Source: the human T2T-CHM13v2.0 reference genome, Homo sapiens
NCBI RefSeq assembly: GCF_009914755.1
Contig: NC_060939.1
Reading direction: 5' to 3' (one strand)
DNA: 64,000 nucleotides
Part shown: one piece after another, positions 62,235 through 64,000 of the stretch
How the letters are laid out: every line of letters begins with the position of its first letter
Position numbering within the stretch: the first letter of the stretch is position 1
The notes under the pieces: model-generated
Told to the model about the DNA's origin: nothing
Databases searched by the model: none
The model's input: the letters and a program-made list of their open reading frames with translations, nothing else
Program-made: the position numbers and the translations under genes

Positions 62235-63064
62235 TATATTTTTTAAAATAATATCCACACAAATACATATATGTACACATACACAAATAAATGTATAGAC
62301 CCCCAAATAACAGTCTTATTTTGTGTTTTTGACATTTTTCTTACATGGTTTCAGATATGCGTCTTTCTACAACTTGCTTCTTTACCAAACACTACCCTTG
62401 TGACACCTATGCATATTGATACCATATTATCAAACAAGCCACATGTATTTCTCTTCCAATGAACATTTAGATTGTTCCTGTTTTGTTTGTTCTCGTGATC
62501 TGCGGAATGTTTATTTGTTATTATAAACACTGTCAGGGAAAAGGTCAGTAGCTTCCAACATATTCTCAGAGGACTCAGGACATTCTCCCATCCAAATGTT
62601 AGGAATCTCTGATAATCTGATGTGGAGAAAGGGCACTGTCATCATTTTGCATTGATGCATATTTCTGCATTACAGCATTCCCAAGCCTTGAAGGAAGCTA
62701 TCTTTACTTACATTCTTAAAATAGCTTATTAGATTCTTCTGCATTTAAATCTAAAATTTTCTATAAGGTCTGCATCTTCCTAGGACACCAAAAACAGCCC
62801 TATTATTTTTTCATTGAAAATTTCTTAGAATCAGATAATACTGTCCAAAATATTCTGTGACCATGTAATGTTATCCTAAATTGCTGTCAACATCAAATGG
62901 TGGTCACACCGAAGAAATTATTAGGAGACTAACAATGTGATATTCTAATTTTGTTGTTGTATTCTGTAATGTATTTAAGAATTAAACAACTAAATCTCTG
63001 TTGTTCTCACATTTTCCTATTTTCTATTTTTTTTAATCCTAGTTAAGATTAGAGAGCCTTCTAG

Positions 63065-63376
<312 letters not shown>

Positions 63377-63689
63377 AGTATTACTTTCTTTTACTTTTAT
63401 GCTTGCTCTCACTATGACATCTTCTAGTCTCTTTGGCAAAGTCCCAAAGCAAGGAAATTAAAACTCAGAACACTACTATTCATAACAGACAATGTTCTTA
63501 AGTCTAAATTATCCCCTCTGGTATTACTGAATAAAATCAACCAAAATTGGTGATTTTCTATCAGCCTTACCTTCCCTCAGGAGTATGTGAAATAATGAAA
63601 AAGTATACAAATACGTGGACTCGGCATTGTCAAATTTAGAAATAATTTATTGAACCACTTTTCAAAGAGCATGGACTTAGCAGATCTGG

Positions 63690-63820
63690 CTGGTCACATA
63701 CAAATTGTGTGGCCCTAAGTAATTCCCCTCCCCTCACTACACTTTGATTTTCTTACCTGTAAAATGGCAATAAAAACCAACACTGGTGCTAGAATGAAAT
63801 GAAATCATGTATATGGAAGC
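63690..63820 (+). mobile_element. MIR fragment
   Basis: tgtgtggccctaagtaa...ttttcttacctgtaaaatgg. Confidence 0.6.
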
Positions 63821-63887
63821 CTTTTGTTATCATTTCTCCACTATATGGGGAGCTTCTCATAAGCAGAGGCAGAGAGACTAATTCATC

Positions 63888-64000
63888 TTTTTGGAGACGG
63901 AATCTTGCTCTGTCGCCCAGACTGGAGTGCAGTGGCAAGATCTTGGTTCACCACAACCTCTGCCTCCCATTTCAAGCGATTCTCCTGCCTCAGCCTCCCG
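63888..64000 (-). mobile_element. Alu, truncated by the window end
   Basis: Reverse right arm. Confidence 0.92.

Overview
This is primate (human-like) genomic DNA: CpG-depleted, with no CpG island and no recognisable multi-exon coding gene, consistent with a large intron or intergenic region. It is dominated by interspersed repeats: about 45 Alu elements or fragments (J, S and Y types, several nested), two multi-kb old L1s, shorter L1 3' fragments, MIR and L2 relics, MaLR solo LTRs and hAT-type MERs. Many ORFs in the supplied track are Alu/L1 read-throughs or low-complexity, and none is supported as a real CDS. The one clearly identifiable non-TE-derived item is a U6 snRNA retro-pseudogene inserted with target-site duplications (TSDs) inside an internally deleted L1. 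I could not identify a host gene and found no convincing novel biological system. The best leads are a 65-nt hairpin that pairs fully only as minus-strand RNA (28529-28593), a cluster of interlocking palindromes (54664-54753), several splice-site-flanked candidate exons on both strands, and a possible small retro-insertion (35365-35636). Repeat boundaries and subfamily calls were made by eye and are approximate.
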